From NCBI GenBank assembly GCA_947625225.1, contig CANQNQ010000004.1, positions 443 through 64,442 of the forward strand: a DNA stretch of 64,000 nucleotides. The letters are read 5' to 3'. Each line of letters starts with the position of its first letter. Position 1 is the stretch's first letter. Of the stretch, positions 7,994-17,101 are shown piece after piece. The notes below the pieces were generated by a model, which was not told where the DNA came from, did not search any database, and saw only the letters and a program-made list of their open reading frames with translations. A program made the position numbers and the translations under genes. Source of the DNA: an uncultured Clostridia bacterium (lineage in GTDB: Bacteria > Bacillota > Clostridia > Christensenellales > CAG-917).

Positions 7994-8041
7994 AAAAAAC
8001 TCAATACATATACACAAAAGTTGCACCTGTATTGAGTTTTT
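7994..8041. repeat. Inverted pair of the CAATACAGGT motif (exact core 8025-8034 on the minus strand; degenerate CAATACATAT at 8002-8011)
   Basis: AAAAACTCAATACA (7995-8008) and TGTATTGAGTTTTT (8028-8041) are reverse complements. They lie just downstream of the cobB stop on the minus strand and so could act as its terminator. Confidence 0.75.
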
Positions 8042-8074
8042 GACGTTTTTGGATATAATTTTGCCTCGCGTCGC

Positions 8075-8839
8075 TCAGTTCAGATCTATGCCAAGTTCAC
8101 CCGCTATCTGCTGCGCGACGGCGGCGCAATCGCTGTTGATCACGATATCCGCCTCGCCGTCAAAGGAGGTCGCGCTTTTGTTCACCACCGCCGTTACGGC
8201 GCTGTCCGCGCAGTATGCCACCAGCCCTGCCGCAGGATAGACGTTGAGAGATGTGCCTATAACAATAAACAGGTCCGCCCTGCTTACCGCCCTGACCGCG
8301 CCCGCCAAAGTACGCTCGTCCAGCGTCTCGCCGTACAGCACCACGTCGGGCTTTATCACCCCGCCGCACTTCTCGCAGGTGGGTATCCCCTTGCCCTTCG
8401 CCACATAGTCGAGGTCGTAGAAGGTATGACAGGACGTGCAGTAGTTGCGTGCGCACGCGCCGTGCAGCTCGTACACCTTTTTGTTGCCCGCAAGCGTGTG
8501 CAGGGAGTCAATATTTTGCGTGACCACCGCGCCCAGCTTGCCCATCTGCTCCAGCTTTGCCAGCAACAGATGCGCCGCGTTGGGCTTGGCGTCGGGATAG
8601 AGCATCTTCTCCCTGTAAAAGTCGTAAAATTTCTTTGTGTGCTCAAAGAAAAATTCGTGCGACAGCATCACCTCCGCGGGGAAGGCGCCGATGTGCGTGG
8701 TATACAGCCCTTCCGCGCTTCTGAAATCGGGTATTCCGCTGGGCACGGATATGCCCGCGCCCGTCAATACAACTATGTTTTTTGCAACCTGTATTGCGTT
8801 TTTAAGCCTTTCGACCTGTTCATCAGTTTGATATTCCAT
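8075..8839 (-). CDS. cobB: NAD-dependent protein deacylase (sirtuin)
   Basis: GAGISVPSGIPDFRS, TQNIDSLH, and a Zn ribbon CTSC...CEKCGG. RBS GAGGGGG is present. Confidence 0.92.
   Translation of the reverse strand: MEYQTDEQVERLKNAIQVAKNIVVLTGAGISVPSGIPDFRSAEGLYTTHIGAFPAEVMLSHEFFFEHTKKFYDFYREKMLYPDAKPNAAHLLLAKLEQMGKLGAVVTQNIDSLHTLAGNKKVYELHGACARNYCTSCHTFYDLDYVAKGKGIPTCEKCGGVIKPDVVLYGETLDERTLAGAVRAVSRADLFIVIGTSLNVYPAAGLVAYCADSAVTAVVNKSATSFDGEADIVINSDCAAVAQQIAGELGIDLN
8778..8803 (-). repeat. CAATACAGGT-core motif inside the cobB CDS (exact core 8787-8796)
   Basis: The minus strand reads AAAAACGCAATACAGGTTGCAAAAAA, encoding KNAIQVAKN. Confidence 0.75.
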
Positions 8840-8994
8840 AAATACCCCCTCCGCTTTACGGCTTTACTTGTTCGCGTATATTATAACATCATTCGCACGG
8901 CGATTCAATAGCGCGCGGACAATTTGTAATATACTCTGCAATTGTGCAGTTGCATATCCCGCCGCCTCGTGCTAAAATATATCCGAGGTGCATT

Positions 8995-10179
8995 ATGCTC
9001 AATCAAGATATGTTGCGTTTGGGGGCACATCAGTCCGCCATAAGAAAGATAAGCGAGATAGGCAAACGCCGCGCCGCGACATACGGCAAGGACAGCGTTT
9101 TCGATTTTTCCATAGGAGATCCGCAGGCGCCCGTGCCCGCCGACGTAAAGGCCGCGCTTGCCGCCGCCATATCCTCCCCCGACAAGGAGGGAGTACACGG
9201 CTACACATCCGAGCCGGGCGTCGAAAGCGTGAGGCGCGCGATTGCGCAGGACGTAAACAGAATCTACGGAACGGCCGCGCAGGCAAAGCACATCTACATG
9301 ACCTGCGGAGCCGCCGCGGGGCTTGCCATATCCCTCAAAGCCGTGTGCAACGCGGGCGATGAGGTCATACTGATCGCGCCCTACTTCCCGGAATACGCCA
9401 TATATACGATCGCCGCGGACGCCACGCCAAAGCCGGTGCGTTGCGCGCAGGATTTTACCCTCGACATCGCTGCCATCGGCGCGGCAATAACCCAAAATAC
9501 CAAGGCGATAGTGCTCAACTCCCCCAACAATCCCTCGGGCGCGGTGTATCCCGCGCAGCAGATATCCGCGCTTGCCGCGCTGCTGTCGGACGCGTCCCGA
9601 AAATTGGGACATCACATATACGTCATCACGGACGAGCCGTACAGGGAGCTGACCTACGACGGCAAAATGCCACCCTCGCCGTTTGGCGTATACGACGATA
9701 CGATACTGTGCTACAGCTTTTCAAAGTCGCTGTCCCTGCCCGGCGAACGCATAGGTTACATCGCCATAAGCCCCACCATATCGGACGGTGACGACGCCTA
9801 CGCCGCCATTGACGGAGCGGCAAGAGCGCTTGGTTACATCTGCGCGCCCTCCCTCTTCCAAAGGGCGCTGGAGAGCTGCCTGCCCGTAAAGACGGACCTG
9901 GATTTTTACGCCGAAAACAGAAAGCTGATATACGGCGCGCTGACCGCTCTGGGATTTGAGTGCGCGCCGCCAAACGGAGCGTTCTACCTGTTTATCAAGT
10001 CCCCCGAACAAAATGCGGAGGCATTTTGTACCCGCGCTGCGGAAAAAGGAATACTGTTGGTGCCGGGCGACGAATTCGACTGCCCCGGCTACGCCCGCCT
10101 CGCCTACTGCGTAGATCGCGAAATTTTGGCAAAAAGCATACCTGTATTCGAAAAATTGCGAGATTTGTACTTCAATTGA
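8995..10179 (+). CDS. Class I/II pyridoxal-phosphate-dependent aminotransferase (aspartate aminotransferase-like)
   Basis: ORF trimmed to MLNQDMLRLG after GAGGTG. It contains the PLP-lysine motif SFSKSLSLPGERIGY and NPSG. Confidence 0.88.
   Translation: MLNQDMLRLGAHQSAIRKISEIGKRRAATYGKDSVFDFSIGDPQAPVPADVKAALAAAISSPDKEGVHGYTSEPGVESVRRAIAQDVNRIYGTAAQAKHIYMTCGAAAGLAISLKAVCNAGDEVILIAPYFPEYAIYTIAADATPKPVRCAQDFTLDIAAIGAAITQNTKAIVLNSPNNPSGAVYPAQQISALAALLSDASRKLGHHIYVITDEPYRELTYDGKMPPSPFGVYDDTILCYSFSKSLSLPGERIGYIAISPTISDGDDAYAAIDGAARALGYICAPSLFQRALESCLPVKTDLDFYAENRKLIYGALTALGFECAPPNGAFYLFIKSPEQNAEAFCTRAAEKGILLVPGDEFDCPGYARLAYCVDREILAKSIPVFEKLRDLYFN
10128..10158 (-). repeat. CAATACAGGT-type motif, one core mismatch (ACCTGTATTC 10140-10149), inside the aminotransferase CDS
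   Basis: GGCAAAAAGCAT ACCTGTATTC GAAAAATTG keeps both AT-tract flanks and encodes AKSIPVFEKL. Confidence 0.6.
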
Positions 10180-10194
10180 CCTTAAGTTTGGCAC

Positions 10195-10226
10195 AAAAAA
10201 AAGGACGGCAGTCGCCGTCCTTTTCT
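10195..10226. terminator. Bidirectional intrinsic terminator
   Basis: A8, stem GGACGGC, loop AGTC, stem GCCGTCC, T4. It lies between the convergent aminotransferase and PEPCK genes. Confidence 0.85.
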
Positions 10227-10237
10227 ATAATCGTTTG

Positions 10238-12007
10238 TTATTTCAGATTTGCCTTGAGCTTATCCAGCTCCGCCCTCAACTCCTTGGGCAGCTTGTCGCC
10301 GAACTTCTTGTAGAACTCCTCGATGCCGTCGGCGTCCTGTCTCCACAGCTCCTTGTCGACGGTCAGCAGATTCTCGATGTCGGCAACGGTCATATCCAGC
10401 CCGTTGATGTTGATGTCGTCCGCCTCGGGCACATAGCCGATGGGGGTCTCCTTTGCCTTGGCGGTGCCCTCCGTGCGACGGATTATCCAATCCAGCACGC
10501 GCAGGTTGTCGCCGAAGCCGGGCCACAGGAAGTGACCTTCCTCGTCCGTCCTGAACCAGTTGACGTTGAATATCTTGGGCTGATGCTTGACCTTCTTGCC
10601 CATCTCTATCCAATGTGCGAAGTAGTCGCCCATATGATAGCCGCAGAACGGCAGCATTGCCATAGGATCGCGCCTTACCACGCCGACCGCGCCCGCCGCA
10701 GCGGCAGTGGTCTCGCTTGCCATGATGGAACCCACAAACACGCCGTGATTCCAATCTCTGGCTTCGTATACCAACGGAGCGGTCTTTGCGCGCCTGCCGC
10801 CGAAGATGATGGCGTCAAGCGGCACGCCCTCGGGATTTTCAAACTCGGATGACAGGCAGGGGCAGTTTGCCGTGGGCGCCGTGAATCTGGAATTGGGATG
10901 CGCGCCCTTTATGCCCTGAGCCTGCTGTTCGGGTCCCCAAGGATTGCCCTGCCAATCGATCGCCTTCTTGGGCGGATTCTTGTCAAGGCCTTCCCACCAC
11001 ACGGTGTTGTTCTCGAGGTTGTGGCAGACGTTGGTGAAGATGGTGTTCTTGCGCGTGGAAGCCAAAGCGTTGGGGTTGGACTTCACATTGGTACCGGGCG
11101 CGACGCCGAAGAAGCCGTTTTCGGGGTTGATGGCGTACAGCCTGCCGTCCTTGCCCACGCGGATCCAGGCGATGTCGTCGCCGACTGTGTGCACCTTGTA
11201 ACCCTTCTTTGCAAACTCCTCGGGAGGAATGAGCATTGCCAGGTTGGTCTTGCCGCAAGCGGACGGGAATGCCGCCGCGATATATTTGGTCTCGCCGTTG
11301 GGCTTTTCAAGACCGAGGATGAGCATATGCTCCGCCATCCAGCCCTCTTTCCAGCCCTGGTAGGAGGCTATGCGCAGCGCGAAGCACTTTTTGCCGAGCA
11401 GCACGTTGCCGCCGTACGCGGAGTTGACGGACATGATGGTGTCGTCCTCCGGGAATTGGCAGATGTATCTCTTTTCGGCGTCAACTTCCGCCTTGGAATG
11501 CAGACCCTTGACGAAGTCGTCGCTCTTTCCAAGCGCGTCAAGCACGTTTTGACCCACTCTGGTCATTATAGCCATGTTGAGCACGACGTAAATGGAGTCC
11601 GTAAGCTCTATACCTATCTTGGAGAAGGGCGAGCCGACCTTGCCCATGGAATAGGGGATGACGTACATCGTCCTGCCCTTCATCGCGCCGCGGTAGATGT
11701 CCGCCAGCATCTTGTATGCTTCGTCCTTTTGCATCCAGTTGTTGGTGGGACCTGCCGTCTCCTGCTTTTCGGTGCAGATAAACGTCCTCGCCTCGACGCG
11801 CGCCACGTCGTTGGGCAGAGTGCGATGCAGGTAGCAACCCGGCAGCAGCTCCTGATTGAGCTTGATCATCTCGCCGGTGCCGACCGCTTCCGCGCGCAGA
11901 GCTTCCAGCTGCTGTTCGCTGCCGTCGATGAGCACAACTTTGTCGGGCTGGCACAGCTTTACGCTTTCGTCCACAAATTTTTCAACGCCTTTGCTGAGAA
12001 AATTCAT
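10238..12007 (-). CDS. pckG: Phosphoenolpyruvate carboxykinase (GTP)
   Basis: ORF trimmed to MNFLSKGVEKF after GGAGGT. It contains FPSACGKTNLAML and WMAEHMLILG, typical of the GTP-type enzyme. Confidence 0.93.
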   Translation of the reverse strand: MNFLSKGVEKFVDESVKLCQPDKVVLIDGSEQQLEALRAEAVGTGEMIKLNQELLPGCYLHRTLPNDVARVEARTFICTEKQETAGPTNNWMQKDEAYKMLADIYRGAMKGRTMYVIPYSMGKVGSPFSKIGIELTDSIYVVLNMAIMTRVGQNVLDALGKSDDFVKGLHSKAEVDAEKRYICQFPEDDTIMSVNSAYGGNVLLGKKCFALRIASYQGWKEGWMAEHMLILGLEKPNGETKYIAAAFPSACGKTNLAMLIPPEEFAKKGYKVHTVGDDIAWIRVGKDGRLYAINPENGFFGVAPGTNVKSNPNALASTRKNTIFTNVCHNLENNTVWWEGLDKNPPKKAIDWQGNPWGPEQQAQGIKGAHPNSRFTAPTANCPCLSSEFENPEGVPLDAIIFGGRRAKTAPLVYEARDWNHGVFVGSIMASETTAAAAGAVGVVRRDPMAMLPFCGYHMGDYFAHWIEMGKKVKHQPKIFNVNWFRTDEEGHFLWPGFGDNLRVLDWIIRRTEGTAKAKETPIGYVPEADDININGLDMTVADIENLLTVDKELWRQDADGIEEFYKKFGDKLPKELRAELDKLKANLK

Positions 12008-12341
12008 TTTTACCTCCATATAGTGCATTGTGTCGCACAAAATTATTTTCTTGCATGTTTGAGCGGGCAATCCAGTCTATTTGCCGTTCGCATAGAATGA
12101 TACAACATTTTGATGTCGCATGTCAATAAATTTACGTTTTTAGCGCGCGCATTTTTGCGCGCGCCGCGCGTGCTCCCGCGCTCCCGTGCGCGCGGCGGCC
12201 TTCCGCTCTTGTGCCGAGGGAAGAGAATGTCCCCAACAAATTGTATTGCGACAAAATATTTTTTGTTTTCGCTTGAATTTGCCGCCGCTCGCCTGTATTA
12301 TATTTAGACGCGCATACTACACTGAACAAAGGAAAATTTTT

Positions 12342-12881
12342 ATGCAGTCCTCGTCCTTGGATTTCAATCAGACCTTCGACAGCAAGGTACAAAAATTGGT
12401 CATCCTCTTCGTGTTTGAGAAGATGGCTATTCCGCTTACGGAGGAAACGGTGCTGGATATATGCACCTCCGACAACAAGTGGCTGGGATATATGGAGTGC
12501 AAGCAGTACCTCAACGAGCTTATCGACACCAACCTGCTGTACAACGTGCATAAAAGCGCTCTTATAGGCATCACGCAGGACGGCGTAAGCTGCCTTGGCA
12601 TGTTCTACACTCACATCCCCTCCTCTTTGCGCGAGGAGATAGCGCTGTATGTGGGCGAAAACCGCATGCGCTTCAAAAAAAAGCAGTCGTACTTTTGCGA
12701 CTACTTCAAAAATGCGGACGGCACCTACACCGTCATCATGCGCATAAACACCGAATCGTCTACGCTGATGGAGCTTAAACTTATCGTCACAAGCCGTCAG
12801 CACGCCAAATATCTGGACAAAGTATGGGTGGAAAAGGCGTCCACCATATATACGTCCATCCACGAAAACCTGTTTGAGTGA
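12342..12881 (+). CDS. DUF4364-family protein (function unknown)
   Basis: ORF trimmed to MQSSSLDFNQ. It is 179 aa with KLVILFVFEKMAIPLTEE..., recalled as the Clostridial DUF4364 pattern. A TTGAAT-17-TATTAT promoter candidate lies upstream. Confidence 0.5.
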   Translation: MQSSSLDFNQTFDSKVQKLVILFVFEKMAIPLTEETVLDICTSDNKWLGYMECKQYLNELIDTNLLYNVHKSALIGITQDGVSCLGMFYTHIPSSLREEIALYVGENRMRFKKKQSYFCDYFKNADGTYTVIMRINTESSTLMELKLIVTSRQHAKYLDKVWVEKASTIYTSIHENLFE

Positions 12882-12919
12882 CCGCGCCAAGCGCATAGCG
12901 TAAAGACTGTCCCGTCGGG

Positions 12920-13354
12920 TCAGCCTTTTTCTTTTTGAACAAGGTACGCTATCGCATCCCTGTATCCCTCAAAACCTTTACCGCATATTGTCATTTCGGC
13001 GTAAAGCGAGATGTAGGAAAAGCGACGGAACTCCTCGCGGGCGTTTATGTCGCTCAGGTGGACCTCGACGGTGGGGATGTTAACCGCCTTCAGCGCGTCC
13101 AGGATGGCGACGGAGGTGTGCGTGTACGCCCCCGCGTTGATGACTATGCCGTCCGCCTTTCCGTACGCGCGCTGTATCATCTCCACTATCTCGCCCTCGA
13201 AGTTGCTCTGCCTCACCTCGACGTCCGCGCCGAACTGCCGAGCGCAACTTACTATATACTTTTCCAGCTCCGCATAGCTGCTGTCGCCGTAAATATTCCT
13301 CTCGCGGATACCCAGCATATTGAGGTTTACGCCGTTTATCACCAATATTTTCAT
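12920..13354 (-). CDS. aroQ: Type II 3-dehydroquinate dehydratase
   Basis: ORF trimmed to MKILVINGVNLNMLGIRE after AGGAGGAAG. It contains NAGAYTHTSVAILDA. Confidence 0.93.
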   Translation of the reverse strand: MKILVINGVNLNMLGIRERNIYGDSSYAELEKYIVSCARQFGADVEVRQSNFEGEIVEMIQRAYGKADGIVINAGAYTHTSVAILDALKAVNIPTVEVHLSDINAREEFRRFSYISLYAEMTICGKGFEGYRDAIAYLVQKEKG

Positions 13355-13452
13355 ACTTCCTCCTTTTGCGCCTGTACGCGCAAACACTATTGCGCTGTAA
13401 CTTGCGTCCATTTTCATCTTTTACCGCGCCGTAACGTTACAGCGGAAAATCT

Positions 13453-14724
13453 TTACGTCACTTTTTTTGCTTCGCCGCCTATAAAACGCCGCCTCGCTTC
13501 ACGTGCGATCTTATCCACCGCGTCCTGCAAATTTCCATTGTTTTCCACATACAGGTCTGCATTTTGCCTATAAATCGGCTCTCTTTGGCCGAGCAACTGT
13601 CGCACGCTGTCGATGTCCTTGGACAGCGGTCTGCCGTCTGTGGAAAGCAGCTCGGCTTCTCGCGCTAAGCGCACCACAAAACCCGTTGCGCGCATAAAAT
13701 ACGCATTTTTCGCGGAAGTTACCGCGCCGCCGCCGACGGCTATGACGCTGCCGTTTCCGCGACAGACTTCCTCTACAACTTCGCTCTCCAGCCTTCTGAA
13801 CTCCCCTTCGCCGTCGATCGCGAATATATCGGGGATGGTCCTGCCCGTCCGCTTGCAGATCTCATCGTCCGTATCTGCAAACTTCATGTCAAGCGCCTCC
13901 GCCAGCGCCCTGCCTACGCTGCTTTTGCCAGCGCCCGCCATGCCAATAAGCACGATATTGCTGCGGCTTCCCTCTATACGCTCGGCTATATCCACGCTGA
14001 CCCGGGGCGGGACAAGTTCTCCGCCCTCCGCTTTTGCAAACAGATCGTGCGCCAGCCTGCCCTGCTCTACAAGCATAAGCATGCCGTTCGCAGCCCGCAC
14101 TCCCCTCCTAAGCGCGTTTTGAATGAGCAGCGTGCGGGTGGGATTGTATATGCAGTCGAACACGCCCTCCAGCCTCTCAAATCTGTTTAAGTCTATGGGG
14201 CAGGCGTACATATCGGGATACATGCCCACGGGCGTGGCGTTGATGACGACTTGCGTGCCGTCAAGTTCGTAACAATTTTCGTAGTTGATCTCTCCCATGC
14301 GCGACACGGTGTTGACGCTTGCCGCGCCCAGCTTTTTGCACACGAAATTTGCCGTATGCCCCGTGCCGCCGCTGCCCAAAATGAGCACATGCCTGCGGTT
14401 TATTTGTATTTTTGCATGCTCCAGCGCGCGTATCATGCCCGCGACGTCCGTATTGTATCCCTTAAGCTTTCCGCCCTCGTTGACTACGGTGTTTACCGCG
14501 CCCACCTCAGCCGCCTCGTCGTCCACAAAGTCCAACAGCGGCATGACGTCACGCTTGTATGGGATTGTAACGTTGAAGCCGCCGTACTCCCGCGCGGCGA
14601 CAAACTTGCCAAGCTCCTCAGCGCTTGCAAGCTCCCGCACGCAGTAGTCCTCATCGCCCAGCGCCGCGTGTATCTCCGGCGAGAGCGTGTGCGGCAGACT
14701 TTTGCCTATAACGCAATGTTTCAT
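13453..14724 (-). CDS. aroE/aroK: Bifunctional shikimate dehydrogenase / shikimate kinase fusion
   Basis: The N-terminal half (IGKSLPHTLSPEIH, GYNTD, LGSGGTG) is AroE-like. The C-terminal half (NIVLIGMAGAGKSSVGRALAE, DTDDEI) is AroK-like. Confidence 0.88.
   Translation of the reverse strand: MKHCVIGKSLPHTLSPEIHAALGDEDYCVRELASAEELGKFVAAREYGGFNVTIPYKRDVMPLLDFVDDEAAEVGAVNTVVNEGGKLKGYNTDVAGMIRALEHAKIQINRRHVLILGSGGTGHTANFVCKKLGAASVNTVSRMGEINYENCYELDGTQVVINATPVGMYPDMYACPIDLNRFERLEGVFDCIYNPTRTLLIQNALRRGVRAANGMLMLVEQGRLAHDLFAKAEGGELVPPRVSVDIAERIEGSRSNIVLIGMAGAGKSSVGRALAEALDMKFADTDDEICKRTGRTIPDIFAIDGEGEFRRLESEVVEEVCRGNGSVIAVGGGAVTSAKNAYFMRATGFVVRLAREAELLSTDGRPLSKDIDSVRQLLGQREPIYRQNADLYVENNGNLQDAVDKIAREARRRFIGGEAKKVT
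13541..13568 (+). repeat. CAATACAGGT-type motif, one core mismatch (ACATACAGGT 13547-13556), inside the aroE/K CDS
   Basis: CACATACAGGT CTGCA TTTTGCC has the same N5-TTTTGCC flank as the intergenic copies. It encodes QNADLYVEN on the minus strand. Confidence 0.65.
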
Positions 14725-15854
14725 AGCTCCTCGTACGCTCCCAAAAATTGGAAATTGTCCATGCTGCTCTCTATGTCCGCAAGCAGATTGCGCACCTTTT
14801 GCGAGGTCACCTTCGCCTCGAAATCGAAATAGAAGCAGAATTCGAAGGGACTGCCCGGCATCGGGCGCGACTCCAGCTTGGTGAGGTTAAGCCCCAGCGC
14901 GGAAAACCTGTTGAGCAATCTGTTAAGGCTGCCCGCCTCGTGCGCGAGGTCCAGGCTGACGCTTATCCTGTTGGCGCCCTCGTACACCTTAAGCCGCTTG
15001 GATATGGCGATGAAGCGGGTGTAATTCGCCTCCGAATCGCTCACCTTGTCCTCAATTATCTTCAGCCCGTACAGTTTTGCGCACTCCTTTGACGCGAGGC
15101 AAGCGATATCCTTGCGCCCGCTGTCCGCCACGGCCTTTGCGGCGACCGCCGTGTTGTCGCAGCGCGTGAGCGCGACGTCGGGCATGGTCTTCAAAAACTT
15201 TGCGCATTGTGTAAGCGCCTGATCGTGGGAGATTATCTCCCTTATATCCTCTTTTTTTACGCCGTCCGCGGCAAGCAGACAGTGTTGCACCTTCAGCTTT
15301 ACGCTACGCGCTATAAAAAATTTGTGGTCGTGCATCAGATCGTACACGCCTATCACGCTGCCCACGGTGCTGTTTTCGATGGGCAGCACGCCAAACTCGC
15401 ACATATTCATCTCCACCGCGCGGAACACCGCGTCCCAAGCACGAAAATAGGAGATGTTGGGGATGGCAAACATCTTGCGCGCCGCAATATAGCTGTACGC
15501 GCCCGCCACGCCCTGGCACGCCACTCCCGCCTGCACGGGGAAGGGCTGCACGCCCTCGCTCAGCGCGCTTTCAAGCTGCGAACGTATCTCAGAGCGCATA
15601 AATTCGTACTGATATGCCTTGCTTGTTTCAAACAGCGTCTCGAACACCTGCTTGCCGTACAGCTTTAGTTGTTGCGGCATGTCTGCGGTCACGCGACAGA
15701 TTATGTCGTTTTCGCGCGCGGCATTCTCCACGGGCGCGCCCAGCCTCTGCTTTTCGGCGGCCACCTGCTCGGACAGGCGCATGCGCTGTACGTAGAGGCG
15801 GGCGATGTCGTCGTCCACGCTGTCAATGTTTCTTCTTATCTCGTCAATATCCAT
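14721..15854 (-). CDS. pheA: Bifunctional chorismate mutase / prephenate dehydratase (P-protein)
   Basis: N-terminal CM helices (IDEIRRNIDSVDDDIARLYVQRMRLS), PDT motifs (PIENSTVGSV, TRF) and a C-terminal ACT domain. I chose the ATG at 15854, after GAGGGG. Confidence 0.9.
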   Translation of the reverse strand: MDIDEIRRNIDSVDDDIARLYVQRMRLSEQVAAEKQRLGAPVENAARENDIICRVTADMPQQLKLYGKQVFETLFETSKAYQYEFMRSEIRSQLESALSEGVQPFPVQAGVACQGVAGAYSYIAARKMFAIPNISYFRAWDAVFRAVEMNMCEFGVLPIENSTVGSVIGVYDLMHDHKFFIARSVKLKVQHCLLAADGVKKEDIREIISHDQALTQCAKFLKTMPDVALTRCDNTAVAAKAVADSGRKDIACLASKECAKLYGLKIIEDKVSDSEANYTRFIAISKRLKVYEGANRISVSLDLAHEAGSLNRLLNRFSALGLNLTKLESRPMPGSPFEFCFYFDFEAKVTSQKVRNLLADIESSMDNFQFLGAYEEL

Positions 15855-15867
15855 ATGCACCCCTCAA

Positions 15868-15914
15868 ATTTTTCAATACATGTGCAAATTTTGCAATACA
15901 GGTTCGCATTTTGT
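15868..15914 (+). repeat. Tandem CAATACAGGT motif units (exact core 15894-15903; CAATACATGT 15874-15883) with 20-bp phasing
   Basis: ATTTTTC at 15868, ATTTTGC at 15888 and ATTTTGT at 15908. It fills the pheA/aroC intercistronic gap. Confidence 0.8.
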
Positions 15915-17012
15915 CTAAATAATTCCGTACTTCAACGCCTCGTCCGCAAGCGCCAGCGCGACCGCGCTCTCCACGCAAGGCACCGCTCGCGGCACGATGC
16001 ACGCGTCGTGACGTCCCGCAATCTCAAGCGAAGCGGGCGACATCGTGCGCAGGTCCACCGACTGCTGTCTTATGGCAATGGACGGCGTGGGCTTTATCGC
16101 TACGCGAAGTGTGAGGGGCATTCCGTTTGCTATGCCGCCGTTTATGCCGCCGCTGTTGTTGGTGGTCGTCCTCACCTTTCCGTCCCTTACTTCAAACGCG
16201 TCGTTTGCCTCGCTGCCGCACATCGTCGTGATGGCAAAACCTTTGCCGAACTCCACGCCCTTGACGGCGGGGACAGCAAATATGCTGTATGCCAGTTTGC
16301 TTTCCAGCCCCTCGAACAGCGCGTCGCCCATGCTGCCCGCTTTTACTCCCAACGCCACGCACTCTATTGTGCCGCCGACGCTGTCGCCGCGCGCCTTTGC
16401 GCTCTTTATTGCGATGGCAGCCGCTTCGCACTGCCCGTCCAAGGTGGGAAATGCGTCCGCTTCTATGTCTATATGCGCTATAAATTTGTCAAAAACAGTC
16501 TCGTCTTGCATGCCGTCGTAGCTTGCAAGCCGCACGTCGTTTACGGAGGAAATGTACGCGCCTATCCTTATCCCACGCGAGCGGAGCAGTTCCTTGGCGA
16601 TGCCGCCCGCAATGCATAGCGGCGCGGTCATTCTGCCCGAAAATCTGCCTCCGCCGGGGGCAATGCTACCGTCGCGGCAATACGCGGCATAGTCCGCGTG
16701 CGATGGGCGCGGGACGGTGAGATCGTAGTCGGCAGATCGCACGTCGCGGTTGAGTATCTCCGCTACAATATCGCCCGTCACGACATACTCATCGCCCACC
16801 TTTTCAAGCCCTTCGACAAAACGCGGCAAGTCCTCCTCGGCGCGAGCGGTAGACCATATCCCCGCGCCGCCCTTGCGCCTGAGCAACATATTTTGCACAT
16901 CGCCAAGCGTCAGCCTTGTCCCGACGGGGACGCCGCCCAGCCTCAGCCCGATCTTGTCGGCGTGGGAGCTGCCGAATATCTCCACATTCAATTTTTCAAA
17001 ATTTGCTTTCAT
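15915..17012 (-). CDS. aroC: Chorismate synthase
   Basis: ORF trimmed to MKANFEKLNVEIFGSSH. It contains RPSHADY and GRHDACIVPRAVP. Confidence 0.92.
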   Translation of the reverse strand: MKANFEKLNVEIFGSSHADKIGLRLGGVPVGTRLTLGDVQNMLLRRKGGAGIWSTARAEEDLPRFVEGLEKVGDEYVVTGDIVAEILNRDVRSADYDLTVPRPSHADYAAYCRDGSIAPGGGRFSGRMTAPLCIAGGIAKELLRSRGIRIGAYISSVNDVRLASYDGMQDETVFDKFIAHIDIEADAFPTLDGQCEAAAIAIKSAKARGDSVGGTIECVALGVKAGSMGDALFEGLESKLAYSIFAVPAVKGVEFGKGFAITTMCGSEANDAFEVRDGKVRTTTNNSGGINGGIANGMPLTLRVAIKPTPSIAIRQQSVDLRTMSPASLEIAGRHDACIVPRAVPCVESAVALALADEALKYGII

Positions 17013-17070
17013 ATATTTTGCCCTTACGGATGATTTTCGTATTTTCCACGCCATATCGCTGTTTTATGTG

Positions 17071-17100
17071 AAAAACTACAATACAGGTGGCACTTTTGCC
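17071..17100 (+). repeat. CAATACAGGT-core motif (exact core 17079-17088), aroC/aroA gap
   Basis: AAAAACTA CAATACAGGT GGCAC TTTTGCC. Confidence 0.8.
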
Positions 17101-17101
17101 A

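Noticed and set aside
12132-12896. 254-aa minus-strand ORF
   Set aside because: It is antisense to the DUF4364 gene, which has a promoter-like element and a plausible start. Its N-terminus would run through the aroQ-proximal spacer without an RBS.
17085-17100. Sigma-54 promoter (TGGCAC TTTT GCC) inside a motif copy
   Set aside because: The GG-to-GC spacing is 9 nt instead of the required 12 (TGGCAC-N5-TTGC). The other motif copies lack TGGCAC.
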